IMG/VR virus record: IMGVR_UViG_3300021400_000113
Coordinates: 40,932-104,931 of that record
Source: a virus
Taxonomy: Duplodnaviria; Heunggongvirae; Uroviricota; Caudoviricetes
Reading direction: 5' to 3' (one strand)
Length of the DNA: 64,000 bases
Both the position numbers and the translations under genes were made by a program. Positions 16,427-27,456 of this stretch are shown here, piece after piece; the stretch's first letter is position 1, and every line of letters starts with the position of its first letter. The notes beneath the pieces were generated by a model. The model made no database searches and was not told where the DNA came from. It saw nothing but the letters and a program-made list of their open reading frames with translations.

Positions 16427-16738
16427 ATGGCAAATAATCAATATATAAATAAAATAATATATGGAAATAATACCTTACTTGATTTATCTGAAGATACCGT
16501 TTCAGCAAATAAAGTATTTGTTGGAGAAAGTTTTCATTTGCCTACTGGCCAACGAACCATTGGAACGGCAACCTCAGATGCAACTGCGGCTGCCAATGAT
16601 ATAATAAGCGGTGAAACCGCGTATGTAAATGGATCAAAAATTACTGGTACTCTAGTAATTCAACATTATTATACGGGTTCCACCGCTCCGAGTTCATCTT
16701 TAGGTAATGATGGAGATATTTATTTACAACAAGATTAA
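16427..16738 (+). CDS. tail fibre-like paralog
   Basis: MANNQYINKIIYGNNTLLDLSEDTV... parallels MANEYINKVIYGGTTLIDLTSDDITV of the upstream gene. Confidence 0.5.
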   Translation: MANNQYINKIIYGNNTLLDLSEDTVSANKVFVGESFHLPTGQRTIGTATSDATAAANDIISGETAYVNGSKITGTLVIQHYYTGSTAPSSSLGNDGDIYLQQD

Positions 16739-16751
16739 GGAGGAATAAAAG

Positions 16752-19184
16752 ATGTCACAGGTAATTAATATTACTGATAGTAAAACTATTATTCCTTCTG
16801 GTTATGATAGTAATAACTCATCATATTCTAGTATTAATAGCAGTTATCCAGTAACCAACGGTTATACTGATGCCGATTCTACCTCTTATGCTTATATAAC
16901 TTGTAATACTGGCTCTCATGCTACTACGTATATTTCTTATACTTTTGATACTTCAGAAATTCCAGAAAACGCGGCAATAGATTCTATTACTTGTAAAGCT
17001 AAAGTACGCGTAAGTTCTACTTCTTATATTTCTACCGGAGTCACATAGCTGTACACCGGAAGTATAGCGAAAGGCAGTGCGACAACTACAAGAAGTACTA
17101 CAGCAACTACATATGATTTAACTACTGGAACTTGGACCCGTACAGAACTTAATGACGTTCAAGTACGTTTTACAGGCACGCGTGGTACAAGTAATACCAC
17201 CCGTGCCGCTTATTTATACTTTTATGGGGCTACTCTGACTATAAATTATTCTATTAATGGAACATAGTATAGTATTGTAGCAACCAGTAATGTTGAAAAT
17301 TATGAAATCTCTCCAAATCATCAAAATAAAATGGAAGGAGAGGAAGCAACGGTTACTATAACCGGAAATAATTTAGAAGATATTATCGTAACAGATAATG
17401 ATATAGATATAACAGAAAATTTAATATAGCATACAATTGAAAATACTGGAAGTGTATCCGCAATCCCAGGAGAAAATTTTGAAACAGGATTTAGTTCTTC
17501 TAATGCAAATTTTTATATGTCTTCAAGTTCAACCGGAACAACATGGTTAGAATATGCAATTGGGCACTCTGCTGAAAATCCATATACTTCTTCTAGCTCC
17601 CATAATACTTATGTTAAAGATAATGACAATAATACTGCAACTGGCTGGATTAGCTTCCCATTCGATTTTAGTGAAATTCCTTTTAATGCCGTAATAGATT
17701 TGGTTACAGTTAAAGTATATGGCGCACGTGAGAATTCAACCACTGATTCTACTCACGTAGCAAAATTTGGAGTCTATTGTAATGGAGTATTAAAAGGGGC
17801 AGAATAGCAATTTACTAGTACGACAAGTGGTATTGTTACTCTAACCTCCCCCGGAACCTGGACGCGCGAAGAATTACAATCAGCAGAACTTCGTTTTACA
17901 GTTGCGTATTATGGAGGACATTTAGATGGCGCTACTTGGACTGTAAATTACAGCGTTCCTAATACAGGAAATAATTATTATTGGACTTATGATTTAACTA
18001 ATATCAATGCAGACCATGTTATTTTAATAGATTAGCGTGGTGCTTTTATTCCTCCCGAAGAAAATCCAGAATATGAATATTATCCAATAACGATTTCTAG
18101 TATTAATGCTACTACAACCCCACATAATGGCTCTACCCGTATAATAGAAGGAAGCAATCAAACTATTACTATATCTCCTTCTGACCCACAATTAACACTT
18201 GCTTTAGATAATGGAGTAGACATTACAAGTCAATTGTAGGGAGGCACCCCTGAAAATACTTATACAATAACTACACAAGTCTCAGGAGCAAGTTATGGCT
18301 TTAATCTAAATGAATCAACTGGATATTATGTTTCAACTAATAGAGGAGTTTCAAATTCAGCAGCAGTTGCTAGACTTAATATGAATTTTGAAAGTAATTG
18401 TTTAGTAACAATACAATATATCAACTATGCTGAATCTGGATATGACTATGGACTATTTGGAAAATTGGACACGGTAGTATCAACAAGCGGTCTAACCGCT
18501 TCCAGTGGTAGTTCCTCCCCATCTGATAGTGATAACTATCAGTTAGCAATGGCATCTAATAATAGTGGCACACAAACAATAACTTATGAAGTACCCTATG
18601 GAGAACATTTTATTGATATTAAATATGGTAAAGATGCTGCGACCGATTCTAATAATGATACTTTATAGTGGAAAGTATTAAGTATAGAAGCCACCAGTGT
18701 CGGTGGAGATTATACATATACATTAACAAATATACAAGAAAAACATAGTTTAATTTTCATATTTGGTAATGTAAATTATTATTTTATAAATTCTTCCGGA
18801 ACAGAATGTAAATTATACCCGGATGGATAGATGGTTAAACTGGAAGGAGATAAATATAATTTAAGAATAATTCCAAATGATGTGAAAGCAACCGTAACCA
18901 TTGTAGATAATAATGTAAATGTTACAAATTTATTATCTATAGAAGAAGGAATAGATAAAAATAACAATCCAATTATTAATTATATATATACTTTAAATAA
19001 TATTATACAAACACATAATTTAGTTATTACATGCATTACTCATCATTAGATTTTATATACTAAAATTAATGGAAATTGGATTAATTTTAGTAAAGCTTAT
19101 GTTAAGATTAATGGCTCTTGGGCAGAGCAAACAGAACTAAGGTAGGTATTCGATAGCCGATTAAATTATGTAAAAGGAAATTAA
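16752..19184 (+). CDS. large tail fibre / adhesin-like protein (~811 codons) with ~10 in-frame TAG codons
   Basis: ORFs 16752-17048, 17517-17807, 18381-18668 and 18831-19049 all share frame 0. Only TAG codons interrupt them. First TAA is at 19182-19184. Composition is Thr/Ser/Asn/Gly-rich. Confidence 0.55.
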
Positions 19185-19187
19185 TAT

Positions 19188-19216
19188 TTGACTTTTCTCT
19201 AAATTTATATTATAAT
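19188..19216 (+). promoter_or_regulatory. conserved phage promoter copy
   Basis: ttgact at 19188-19193 and tataat at 19211-19216, followed by atatatgtaaaaaag. Confidence 0.55.
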
Positions 19217-19281
19217 ATATATGTAAAAAAGAAAACCTACGGTCGTGACAACGACTAAGATGAAAAGGAGAGAAAAGGAAT

Positions 19282-20790
19282 ATGAATACTTTACTAAATG
19301 CGATGAAAAATGCTACTAATTATACTCACACCGAAAATGGAGCTATTACTCATGTTACTTCTAATTCCGCTCTACTAGACATGTTTGGTATGGGCGGTTC
19401 TATGCGCAATCGCTCTGATAATGATGTAATTTTTATGTTTAAAAAGGCATATGATGAAAATCCTGAATATGCCCTAAAGTGCTTATTTTATCTTCGTGAC
19501 GTGCGCGGTGGTCAGGGAGAACGTCGTTTTTTCCGCACTGTAATTAATTAGCTTGCTAATGAAAACAAGGAAGCGGTTATTCGCAATCTTGAGGCTATTC
19601 CTGAAATGGGACGTTGGGATGATTTATATTCTCTAATTGGTACTTCTTGTGAAAAGGAAGCATTAAACTTTATGCTTCATCAAATCACCCTTGACGCCGC
19701 AAGTAAGACTCCCTCTCTACTTGCTAAGTGGCTGAAATCTGAAAATACTTCTTCTGCGGAAAGTCGTCGTTTAGCCACTAAGACTCGTGAATATTTTGGA
19801 CTAACTCCTCGTGAATATCGTAAAATGCTTTCTAGTCTACGTACCAAAATCAATGTTCTTGAAAAGCTAATGTCTCAAAATCGTTGGGATGAAATCGAAT
19901 TTGATAAGATTCCTTCTAAGGCTGGACTTATCTATAAGAATGTTTTTGCTACTAAAGATGTAACCAAAGCTCGCTATGCGGCTTTTATGGCAAATAAAGA
20001 GACCAAGGTAAATGCTAGCGTACTAAATCCCGTAGATATCGCCAAACAAATTTTTTCCTCTAACTATGCCTCTAAGGTAGACCGTCTTGCTTGGGATAAA
20101 TATTGGGCAAATTTAAAAGACTATTACAATGGTCGTGAAGAACGCGGCATTGCCGTAGTAGATGTCAGTGGTAGTATGTATGGTACACCTCTATACGCCG
20201 CAGTATCTATGGGTGCTTATATCGCAGAACGTGGTAAGGGGCCTTTCCAGAATCACTTTATCACTTTCTCTGATAAACCTGAACTTGTTGAGTTCAATGG
20301 TATCGACCTTTATGATAAGTTCCGTCGCGCGGAAACTGCGAACTGGCAAGGTAGTACTAATGTTGAAGCAGTGTTTGACTTGCTACTTGATACCGCTAAG
20401 AAAAATCATGTGACTCAGGAAGAAATGCCTGAAACACTTTATATCCTTTCTGATATGGAATTTAATAGTTGTATGACTGATAGCACAGTTACTTACGATT
20501 ATTGGGGTCGTCCTCGCCGTAAGATTCTTGAAAATTCCGCAGAAGTAAATACTCTAATCGAAAAGAAAGCTAAGGAATGGAAGGCCGCGGGATATAAAGT
20601 ACCTAATGTGGTATTCTGGAATCTTGATGCGCGGCAAGATAATATTCCTGCAATTGGGGAAGGATTCTTTTACGTATCTGGTAATTCTATGAACGTAATT
20701 GAAAGTATTCTTTCTCGTACTCCTCCTAAAACCGCGACAGAATTAATGATGGACGTTTTAAACCGTCCTAGATATAGCAATATTCATTAA
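19282..20790 (+). CDS. vWA-domain protein (DUF2828/TROVE-like), one in-frame TAG (19549-19551)
   Basis: ORFs 19282-19551 and 19606-20790 share a frame across TAG. Has a MIDAS-like VVDVSGSM motif. Confidence 0.5.
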
Positions 20791-20800
20791 TATAAAAATA

Positions 20801-20836
20801 GGGTTAGACGAAAGTCTAACCCTTGATTTTTTTTTA
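20801..20836 (+). terminator. rho-independent terminator
   Basis: Hairpin gggttagacgaaagtctaaccc followed by a T-run. Overlaps the -35 of the next promoter. Confidence 0.6.
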
Positions 20837-20851
20837 AATTTATGATATAAT
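20823..20851 (+). promoter_or_regulatory. conserved phage promoter copy (TTGATT variant)
   Basis: ttgatt at 20823-20828 and tgatataat at 20843-20851. Confidence 0.5.
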
Positions 20852-20884
20852 ATTTTTGTAAGAAAGAAAGAAAGGATTGATCTT

Positions 20885-21475
20885 ATGCTTCCGAATTTTC
20901 ACTTCTCTATTGAACGTTGGCGCAAGAATAAGGAATATGGAGTATGGGTTAGTACAGAAGGGCGCATTCGACTTATTCAAAATAAAGAATTTCTTAATGT
21001 TCGTATTGATAAAAGTGGATATTGTGTTGTCTTTACAGAGAAAGGACAACAATTCGTACATCGCCTTGTAGCTTACACTTGGCTTGGGGACAAACGAAAT
21101 GAGAAGTATAATATTGATCATATCAATAGCAATAAACGCGATAATTCTGTGAGAAATCTGCGTTGGGTAAAAATTGAAATTAATACCCAATATGCTCAAT
21201 ATACACGAACACAACTTGATTCAATAGAGTGTATTGAAAAAAAAGAAGATATAGAGACACGAAAACAGCTATTATATCAGCGCTTTCGTAATAAGGAAAT
21301 CTATATTGGTATTAATGACAATTACTTTTCCGATTATGTAGAAATTTGTAAATTTTTACATATCTCTAATACCCCTCCTCTTAAAGTATTTTGCGCAAAT
21401 GTATTAATGGCTATTGAAAAGAATACTACATATATGGGATATATATGGAATATTAAGGAGAAGGACGATGAATAA
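20885..21475 (+). CDS. HNH homing endonuclease
   Basis: HRLVAYTW...IDHINSNKRDNSVRNLRWV is an HNH_3 / NUMOD-type motif. Confidence 0.6.
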   Translation: MLPNFHFSIERWRKNKEYGVWVSTEGRIRLIQNKEFLNVRIDKSGYCVVFTEKGQQFVHRLVAYTWLGDKRNEKYNIDHINSNKRDNSVRNLRWVKIEINTQYAQYTRTQLDSIECIEKKEDIETRKQLLYQRFRNKEIYIGINDNYFSDYVEICKFLHISNTPPLKVFCANVLMAIEKNTTYMGYIWNIKEKDDE

Positions 21476-22262
21476 GACAGAGATTTTAGAAAAAGTTAAA
21501 AATCATACCACCTTAGTAAAAGAATTTGTTCATGATTTAGGCTATCAACACATTATGACTGTATTAGTAGGTTCTCAAAATTATGGGCTAGATTCAGAAA
21601 ATAGTGATATTGATACATATTCTTTTGTTGCACCAAAGTTATACGATTTAATGACAGGCAAAGAACCACTAAGTAAAGAATATGAAGTTGAAGATGGTAA
21701 ATGCGTAGTAAAAGATATTCGTTTAGCATTTAATCTTTTACGTAAGCCCTCTCCTAATAGTGTTGAATGCTTTGTTTCTAAATATAAATATTACGAACCT
21801 GCTTATGAATCAATTCTCAAATATTTCTTAGAAACCGAAGTTGTATTACGTGTTCTTGTTCATGCCAATTTTAAAAATATGCTAAATGCTATTGCTGGTA
21901 CAGCATTTGGACTACATGGTCGTAATATGACGGAAGGCAAAAAATATTCTCATTGTTTGCGACTTGAAGAAATGATGGCGCGTTATTTAAATTGGAATGT
22001 AAGTCCATTTCTTTATTTAGATTTACATACTAAAAATCTTGCTGAAGCACGCGCCGCAAAATTTGGAGAATTAAATCTAACTGATGAATATATGCAGCAA
22101 CAGTGTGAAGCAATCGCCGAGATTCTGACCATTAAAGCAAACAACTTTATTCCTTCTGAAGGACAAATAACATATGAACATTTTAGTTTAGTATTAATTG
22201 ATTCTTTCCAAGAATTATTATTTGATAAGTATCTTGAATTAAATGGATATAAAAAGGAGTAA
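21468..22262 (+). CDS. Pol-beta superfamily nucleotidyltransferase
   Basis: GSQNYGLDSENSDIDTY matches the GS-x-G...DxD nucleotidyltransferase signature. RBS aaggagaagg then ATG at 21468. Confidence 0.5.
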   Translation: MNKTEILEKVKNHTTLVKEFVHDLGYQHIMTVLVGSQNYGLDSENSDIDTYSFVAPKLYDLMTGKEPLSKEYEVEDGKCVVKDIRLAFNLLRKPSPNSVECFVSKYKYYEPAYESILKYFLETEVVLRVLVHANFKNMLNAIAGTAFGLHGRNMTEGKKYSHCLRLEEMMARYLNWNVSPFLYLDLHTKNLAEARAAKFGELNLTDEYMQQQCEAIAEILTIKANNFIPSEGQITYEHFSLVLIDSFQELLFDKYLELNGYKKE

Positions 22263-22265
22263 GTT

Positions 22266-22658
22266 ATGAATACATTACACAAAGGCGCGCGAGTGGCGTT
22301 TCGTCGTGATATTTTTAGTCCTTGGGAAATTGGCACTTTGGATGCTGCTACATTAAACAAGCACAATCTACTATTTGGTATCTGGAAAGATGATAATGAA
22401 TATGTCGGAGAAATTAAACTTAATGGCTTATTTTGGGATATTTATGAAATGAGTCCAGATAATCCTTGGTGTGGAGATATTGTATCTCGTGAAGAATTTG
22501 CCGAATGGGTATCAGATGGTTATGTATCTAGTTATGATGGGCAAGGATTTTATTATGATGGTAAATATGAATATATGCCAGTTGATGCCGATAACGCCGA
22601 AAATGTAATGTGCTCTGTTTATTCAAATTTTCCATACGTGATTTGGTATAATAAGTGA
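22266..22658 (+). CDS. hypothetical protein
   Basis: ORF of 130 aa. Confidence 0.45.
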   Translation: MNTLHKGARVAFRRDIFSPWEIGTLDAATLNKHNLLFGIWKDDNEYVGEIKLNGLFWDIYEMSPDNPWCGDIVSREEFAEWVSDGYVSSYDGQGFYYDGKYEYMPVDADNAENVMCSVYSNFPYVIWYNK

Positions 22659-22665
22659 GGTAAGT

Positions 22666-23280
22666 ATGAAGAATAAGATTACTTTTAAAAATGCCTGGGC
22701 ACATTTTCGCAAAATTCAAACACACCGTAAATGGGTTCGTCGTTATTGCTTTATGGCAGGTATTCCTTGGCGCGGTATTACACATGATTTATCTAAATAT
22801 AGCCCTACGGAGTTTTGGGAAAGCGTAAAATATTACGTTGGAACAAGTTCTCCTATTAATGAAGCTAAAAAACAACAGGGTTATTCTAATGCTTGGCTTC
22901 ATCATCGCGGACGTAATCGCCACCATTGGGCCTATTGGGCTGATAATTTTAGTGAAGGCATGACTGTATACATGATGCCTAAAAATGATTTTGTTGAAAT
23001 GGTCTGTGATTTTTTAGGCGCGGGACAGGCTTATTCTCCTAATAAATTTACATTTGCGGAAGAGCGCGAATGGTGGCTAAAAGAACGTGACCGAGATTGT
23101 AAGGCTATGCATCCAAAGAATAAATTAATGCTTGATATTATTTTTTCTGACTTAGAAAAGGCCGAAAGCCCTGAACTCATCGGGGAAGACGGGACATTCT
23201 TTATGAAAAGTTGGGTTCCAACACCAGAACAATTAATTAAATCTGGCTATATTCAACAGGTTTGGGAGGCTAATAAATGA
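22666..23280 (+). CDS. HD-motif protein (possible phosphohydrolase)
   Basis: ITHDLSKYSP is paralogous to the HDLAKLDTP motif of gene 25153-25620. His-rich downstream. Confidence 0.4.
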   Translation: MKNKITFKNAWAHFRKIQTHRKWVRRYCFMAGIPWRGITHDLSKYSPTEFWESVKYYVGTSSPINEAKKQQGYSNAWLHHRGRNRHHWAYWADNFSEGMTVYMMPKNDFVEMVCDFLGAGQAYSPNKFTFAEEREWWLKERDRDCKAMHPKNKLMLDIIFSDLEKAESPELIGEDGTFFMKSWVPTPEQLIKSGYIQQVWEANK

Positions 23281-23492
23281 ATTGGGAACGTGCAAATAGC
23301 CCGCGTACATTAGATCAAATTTATGAAAATTTTAGAGATATTATAGCCATTAATGCTGAACCGTATTTTATGACTACTTTTAAAAAAGATAATATTATAT
23401 ATATTGCTTCTCCAAATAATTTTGATCAATATCCCGATGAAATTTTAAAGTCGATTAAAGAATTTTATTTATGGAAATTAGAAAGTGATTAA
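23277..23492 (+). CDS. hypothetical protein
   Basis: ORF of 71 aa followed by a terminator. Confidence 0.4.
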   Translation: MNWERANSPRTLDQIYENFRDIIAINAEPYFMTTFKKDNIIYIASPNNFDQYPDEILKSIKEFYLWKLESD

Positions 23493-23519
23493 TTTAAAAA
23501 TTAATCACTTGATTTTTTT
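23485..23519 (+). terminator. rho-independent terminator
   Basis: Hairpin gtgattaatttaaaaattaatcac followed by a T-run. Confidence 0.55.
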
Positions 23520-23537
23520 CTAAAATTATGATATAAT
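23509..23537 (+). promoter_or_regulatory. conserved phage promoter copy (TTGATT variant)
   Basis: ttgatt at 23509-23514 and tgatataat at 23529-23537. Confidence 0.5.
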
Positions 23538-23569
23538 ATTTATAGAAAAGAGAAAGGAAAGTGATTTTA

Positions 23570-24415
23570 ATGGCAGTTGCTAAGTCTTATGAGAAGATGG
23601 AAATTGTCGGTGAGCCCTTCCAGCAGGACGGAAAAATGTATGTAAATGTAATCGGTCCATGTAAGCGTTGCGGCGGCAGCGGCCATTATTCTTACAATCC
23701 TAAGGATGGAACTGTTTGCTTTGGTTGCGGTGGCAGCGGCAAAGAAAAACTTTCTGTGCGCTGGTACACCGATGCTCAGCGCGCGGCTATGGATCGAGCC
23801 GCCGAAAAGCGTGCTGCGGTAAAGGCCGAAAAAGATGAAGAACGACGCATCAAATTTGCGGCCCGCAATGCTTTTGGCTTTGGAGAAGATGGATATATTT
23901 TCCTTGTCTATGGCGACAATGAACGCATTAAGAGCTGGCGCGAAGAACTTCCTCAACTTACTGTATGGTATAACGAAACCTTTGGTTGGTATATTCCTTC
24001 TACTCGTGAATATGACGGACTAGAATTTCCCGAAGATATTCATTTTACTAAACTGGATTGGGAAACCGTTCGCGACAAGGAAGATAAAGAAAATCTTCAA
24101 ATGATGGATCACGCTACCGTGCGCGAAATCGTTGAGAAAATTATTTATGAGCCTAGTAAAAGTGAGTTCCAAGGTGAAGTAAATACTTGGCTAGAAAAGG
24201 AAGTAAAGATTACTAAAAATATTGCGCTTGATTCTCATTATGGCGAATCCCATATGCACATTATGGAAGATGCCGAAGGTAATGTATATGTATGGACTAC
24301 CGCCTCTAAAAATCTTGAAGAAGGAAAAACCTTTGTAATCAAAATGAAGGTTAAAGAACATAAAGAATATCGCGGTACAAAGCAAACCGTAGTTTATTAC
24401 TGTAAGATTAAATAA
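23570..24415 (+). CDS. hypothetical protein with CxxCGGSG zinc-binding repeats
   Basis: CKRCGGSGHY...CFGCGGSGKE motifs. RBS aaaggaaag. Confidence 0.45.
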   Translation: MAVAKSYEKMEIVGEPFQQDGKMYVNVIGPCKRCGGSGHYSYNPKDGTVCFGCGGSGKEKLSVRWYTDAQRAAMDRAAEKRAAVKAEKDEERRIKFAARNAFGFGEDGYIFLVYGDNERIKSWREELPQLTVWYNETFGWYIPSTREYDGLEFPEDIHFTKLDWETVRDKEDKENLQMMDHATVREIVEKIIYEPSKSEFQGEVNTWLEKEVKITKNIALDSHYGESHMHIMEDAEGNVYVWTTASKNLEEGKTFVIKMKVKEHKEYRGTKQTVVYYCKIK

Positions 24416-24426
24416 GGAGAGTAAAT

Positions 24427-24651
24427 ATGAAACTGTATTTTGAAAATTCTAATGGCGACGCGCGACAAATTGCCACTTGTAAAAATGAAACCGAAGTAAT
24501 TCAGAATATTCATAAGTTTATTAAAACTTGTAATGAACATAAACCTAAGAGTAAGCAATTTAAATCATTTTATACTCGTACCTGGACTGAAAACGGCAAA
24601 ACTTGGTATGATGTTGGCTCCCACACCGAATTTTTCTATACGGAGGAATAA
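24427..24651 (+). CDS. hypothetical protein
   Basis: ORF with RBS aaggagag. Confidence 0.4.
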   Translation: MKLYFENSNGDARQIATCKNETEVIQNIHKFIKTCNEHKPKSKQFKSFYTRTWTENGKTWYDVGSHTEFFYTEE

Positions 24652-24653
24652 TT

Positions 24654-24923
24654 ATGGTAACTAAAGCCGCAGTCGTTATTTTTGATAAACGACAGAACAA
24701 AAATATTACCATTCCTGTACATCGACATTGCGATGCTTTTTATATCTTAAAAGAATTTGGTTATAAGCTAAATAAAGATTATACTATTTTACAGCAAGGC
24801 TTTCTAAATGAACATGATGAATTTATGACACGAGTGCAGGCATATAATGAAGCTAAAAATTGTAATCAAATTATTCCTGAATCAGATTTGCCTACAGAAT
24901 TATTTTCGGAGGATTTATATTAA
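24654..24923 (+). CDS. hypothetical protein
   Basis: ORF of 89 aa. Confidence 0.4.
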   Translation: MVTKAAVVIFDKRQNKNITIPVHRHCDAFYILKEFGYKLNKDYTILQQGFLNEHDEFMTRVQAYNEAKNCNQIIPESDLPTELFSEDLY

Positions 24924-25156
24924 TGGTTGAAAAATATACAGATGACTATGTTGAAGGATATACAAAAGCAAAAGAAGAAGATAAGGAAGAAATAAATAAA
25001 GCCTATGAAATTTCTCATAAATATGAACATGAGTATGCTATTTTAAAAGAGGAAAACGCGAAAAACTCTAATTTTATTCGTGAGAATATTCAATATGTAG
25101 AATTAGGCAAAGCGCTTAAAACTATTTTAGATTATATGAAAGAAGGGGTAGAATGA
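24923..25156 (+). CDS. hypothetical protein
   Basis: ORF of 77 aa. Confidence 0.4.
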   Translation: MVEKYTDDYVEGYTKAKEEDKEEINKAYEISHKYEHEYAILKEENAKNSNFIRENIQYVELGKALKTILDYMKEGVE

Positions 25157-25620
25157 CTATTAATGATTGTCGTGTAGAAACTTACAAGCATATTGAAAAA
25201 GTACGAAAATATATTCGTTTCTTTACTGATAAACTAACTACACGCGCGGTTAAACATGACTTAGCTAAACTAGATACTCCAGAGGTAGAAATTTTTACTG
25301 AGCATACCGAAGCTTTAAAAGAAACGACTTATAATTCACCTGAATATCAGGAACACCTCGCTGCAATGAAAGTAGCATTAGATCATCATTATGCTACTTA
25401 TCGTCATCATCCTGAACATTTTCAGAATGGTATTAATGATATGAATTTAGTAGACCTGGTTGAAATGATTGCAGACTGGAAAGCAGCCAGCGAACGTCAA
25501 CATGACGGTAATCTACTTACTTCTATTGAACAAAACGCTATTCGTTTTAAGATGTCTGACCAGTTAAAACAAATTTTAATTAATACAGCTAAAATGTTAG
25601 ATGAAAGTGAGAACGAATAA
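25153..25620 (+). CDS. HD-domain phosphohydrolase-like protein
   Basis: VKHDLAKLD HD motif and DHHYATYRHH His cluster. Confidence 0.45.
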   Translation: MTINDCRVETYKHIEKVRKYIRFFTDKLTTRAVKHDLAKLDTPEVEIFTEHTEALKETTYNSPEYQEHLAAMKVALDHHYATYRHHPEHFQNGINDMNLVDLVEMIADWKAASERQHDGNLLTSIEQNAIRFKMSDQLKQILINTAKMLDESENE

Positions 25621-25823
25621 TGAGTAATGAATATAAGGATTGGCTTTGGAATACTGCCCAAGAACATGTATTAGATAATGAATGCGTACAATCTATTGAT
25701 TACTTCACCGTGTGGGAAGATGGATATTTAGCACTTTGTACTGGAGTGTATGGAGATAAAATAATGTATTTTATTTGGCTAGATGATATTGACGGATGGA
25801 GCTGCCGATTAATTGAAGTTTAA
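25620..25823 (+). CDS. hypothetical protein
   Basis: ORF of 67 aa. Confidence 0.4.
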   Translation: MSNEYKDWLWNTAQEHVLDNECVQSIDYFTVWEDGYLALCTGVYGDKIMYFIWLDDIDGWSCRLIEV

Positions 25824-25835
25824 TAAGGAGAAAAA

Positions 25836-26201
25836 ATGAAATTAAATTTTAAACATTCTGATATTGATTGGCCATGGGTTATTTTTATAATTATAGCAAT
25901 TTTAGCCGTCATATTAATTATAGGCGCGATTGGATATGGGATTCATAATCATAATGAACAACTTTTAATTACAGATGGATATGTAACTGATAAAGTTTAT
26001 CATGCACCATGGACCGGCTATCACACTACTGGCACCGAAAAAAATAAAATTAGTGTTCCAGTTTATCATGAAGCCCATTATTATATTTATGTTAAAAGCC
26101 CAGATGGAAAACATACCGCTCAATATGAAGTAACCCCTACTAAATATGAACAAATTAAAATTGGTGATTATTTAAGTAACGTAAATAGAGAATTAAAATA
26201 A
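25836..26201 (+). CDS. membrane-anchored hypothetical protein
   Basis: N-terminal TM segment WPWVIFIIIAILAVILIIGAIGY. Confidence 0.45.
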   Translation: MKLNFKHSDIDWPWVIFIIIAILAVILIIGAIGYGIHNHNEQLLITDGYVTDKVYHAPWTGYHTTGTEKNKISVPVYHEAHYYIYVKSPDGKHTAQYEVTPTKYEQIKIGDYLSNVNRELK

Positions 26202-26218
26202 GAAAGGAATGATAAATT

Positions 26219-27445
26219 ATGCTAAATGCTAAACAAGAACGCGAACTAGCTTATGTAGTCATTGTAGATGGAATTGAACCTATTCCTGGTTATGATCGCG
26301 TAGAACATGCTATTATTGGTGGTTGGCGAGTAATTGTTCAGAAAGACCAGTTTAAAGTGGGTGATCCCGCTATTTACTTTGAAATTGATTCTCGTGTGCC
26401 CGCAGATAGAGAATGCTTTGCTTTCCTTGAAAAGCGTAATTATAAAGTAAAAACTTTAAAGATGTGCAAAACTATTTCTCAGGGATTACTAATGCATGCC
26501 GCTGATTTTGGATGGCATATTGAAAATCTTGCAGAAGATGTAAATATTTGCATTGTTGATGATAAAGGCGTTCGTCATTATCCTCATGACGAATCTCGTT
26601 TCTTAACTAAGCAACTTGGTATAACCTATGCCGACGAAGAAGATAACCAACGGAAAACCCCTTCTGTAGATAAGTATAAGAAAATGGCTGGACGCCATCC
26701 TAAATTATTTAAAAAGCCTTTTATTCGTTGGTTAATGAAGTATTCTTGGGGTCGTAAAATCATGTTCTTTTTCTTCGGTAAAAAGAAGGACAAGAAGAAC
26801 GGATGGCCTGCTTGGGTTCAAAAAACAGATGAAGAAAGAATAGAAAATATGCCTTTTGTGCTTCAGAACAAGAATCCTTGGATTGTAACCGAGAAAGTGG
26901 ATGGTTCTTCCACTAGCTTTACTATGAAACGCGGAAAATTCGGTAAAAAAGAGTTCTATGTTTGCTCTCGTAATGTGTGTTTTGACAGCGTAGATAAACC
27001 TTGCTATTACGATACAAATATTTATTGGGAAATGGCACAGAAATATCATATGTTTGAGGCATTATCTAAACTTCTTGATTCTATGCCCGCGGTTGAATGG
27101 GTAACTATTCAGGGCGAAACCTATGGTGAGGGAGTTCAGCGTAACACTTATGGACTTAATTACCATGATTTTATGGCTTTTAACCTTATTACTTCTGATA
27201 AGGGCCGTTGGAATAGTTGCGACATGAAGGAGATTCTTGAAAAAGATTATAATATCCCTTGTGTGCCTATTCTTAATGATAATTATATCCTCCCTGATAC
27301 TGTAGAAGAACTTCGTGAGTATGTAAATAGTCAGCCCTCAGTTATTGATGGCAAGATGAAAGAGGGCATTGTATGTCGCTCTCCCGATGGTATTCATTCA
27401 TTCAAATGTGTTTCACCTGAATATCTTCTAAAATATCATAGTTAA
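26219..27445 (+). CDS. ATP-dependent polynucleotide ligase-like protein (KxDG nucleotidyltransferase; RNA-ligase-like)
   Basis: IVTEKVDGSS is the motif I lysine-adenylate signature of the ligase family. Confidence 0.45.
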   Translation: MLNAKQERELAYVVIVDGIEPIPGYDRVEHAIIGGWRVIVQKDQFKVGDPAIYFEIDSRVPADRECFAFLEKRNYKVKTLKMCKTISQGLLMHAADFGWHIENLAEDVNICIVDDKGVRHYPHDESRFLTKQLGITYADEEDNQRKTPSVDKYKKMAGRHPKLFKKPFIRWLMKYSWGRKIMFFFFGKKKDKKNGWPAWVQKTDEERIENMPFVLQNKNPWIVTEKVDGSSTSFTMKRGKFGKKEFYVCSRNVCFDSVDKPCYYDTNIYWEMAQKYHMFEALSKLLDSMPAVEWVTIQGETYGEGVQRNTYGLNYHDFMAFNLITSDKGRWNSCDMKEILEKDYNIPCVPILNDNYILPDTVEELREYVNSQPSVIDGKMKEGIVCRSPDGIHSFKCVSPEYLLKYHS

Positions 27446-27456
27446 AAGGAGAAAAT

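Noticed and set aside
20162-20413. Overlapping plus-strand 83-aa ORF inside the vWA/DUF2828 gene
   Set aside because: Alternative frame within a longer, motif-supported gene.
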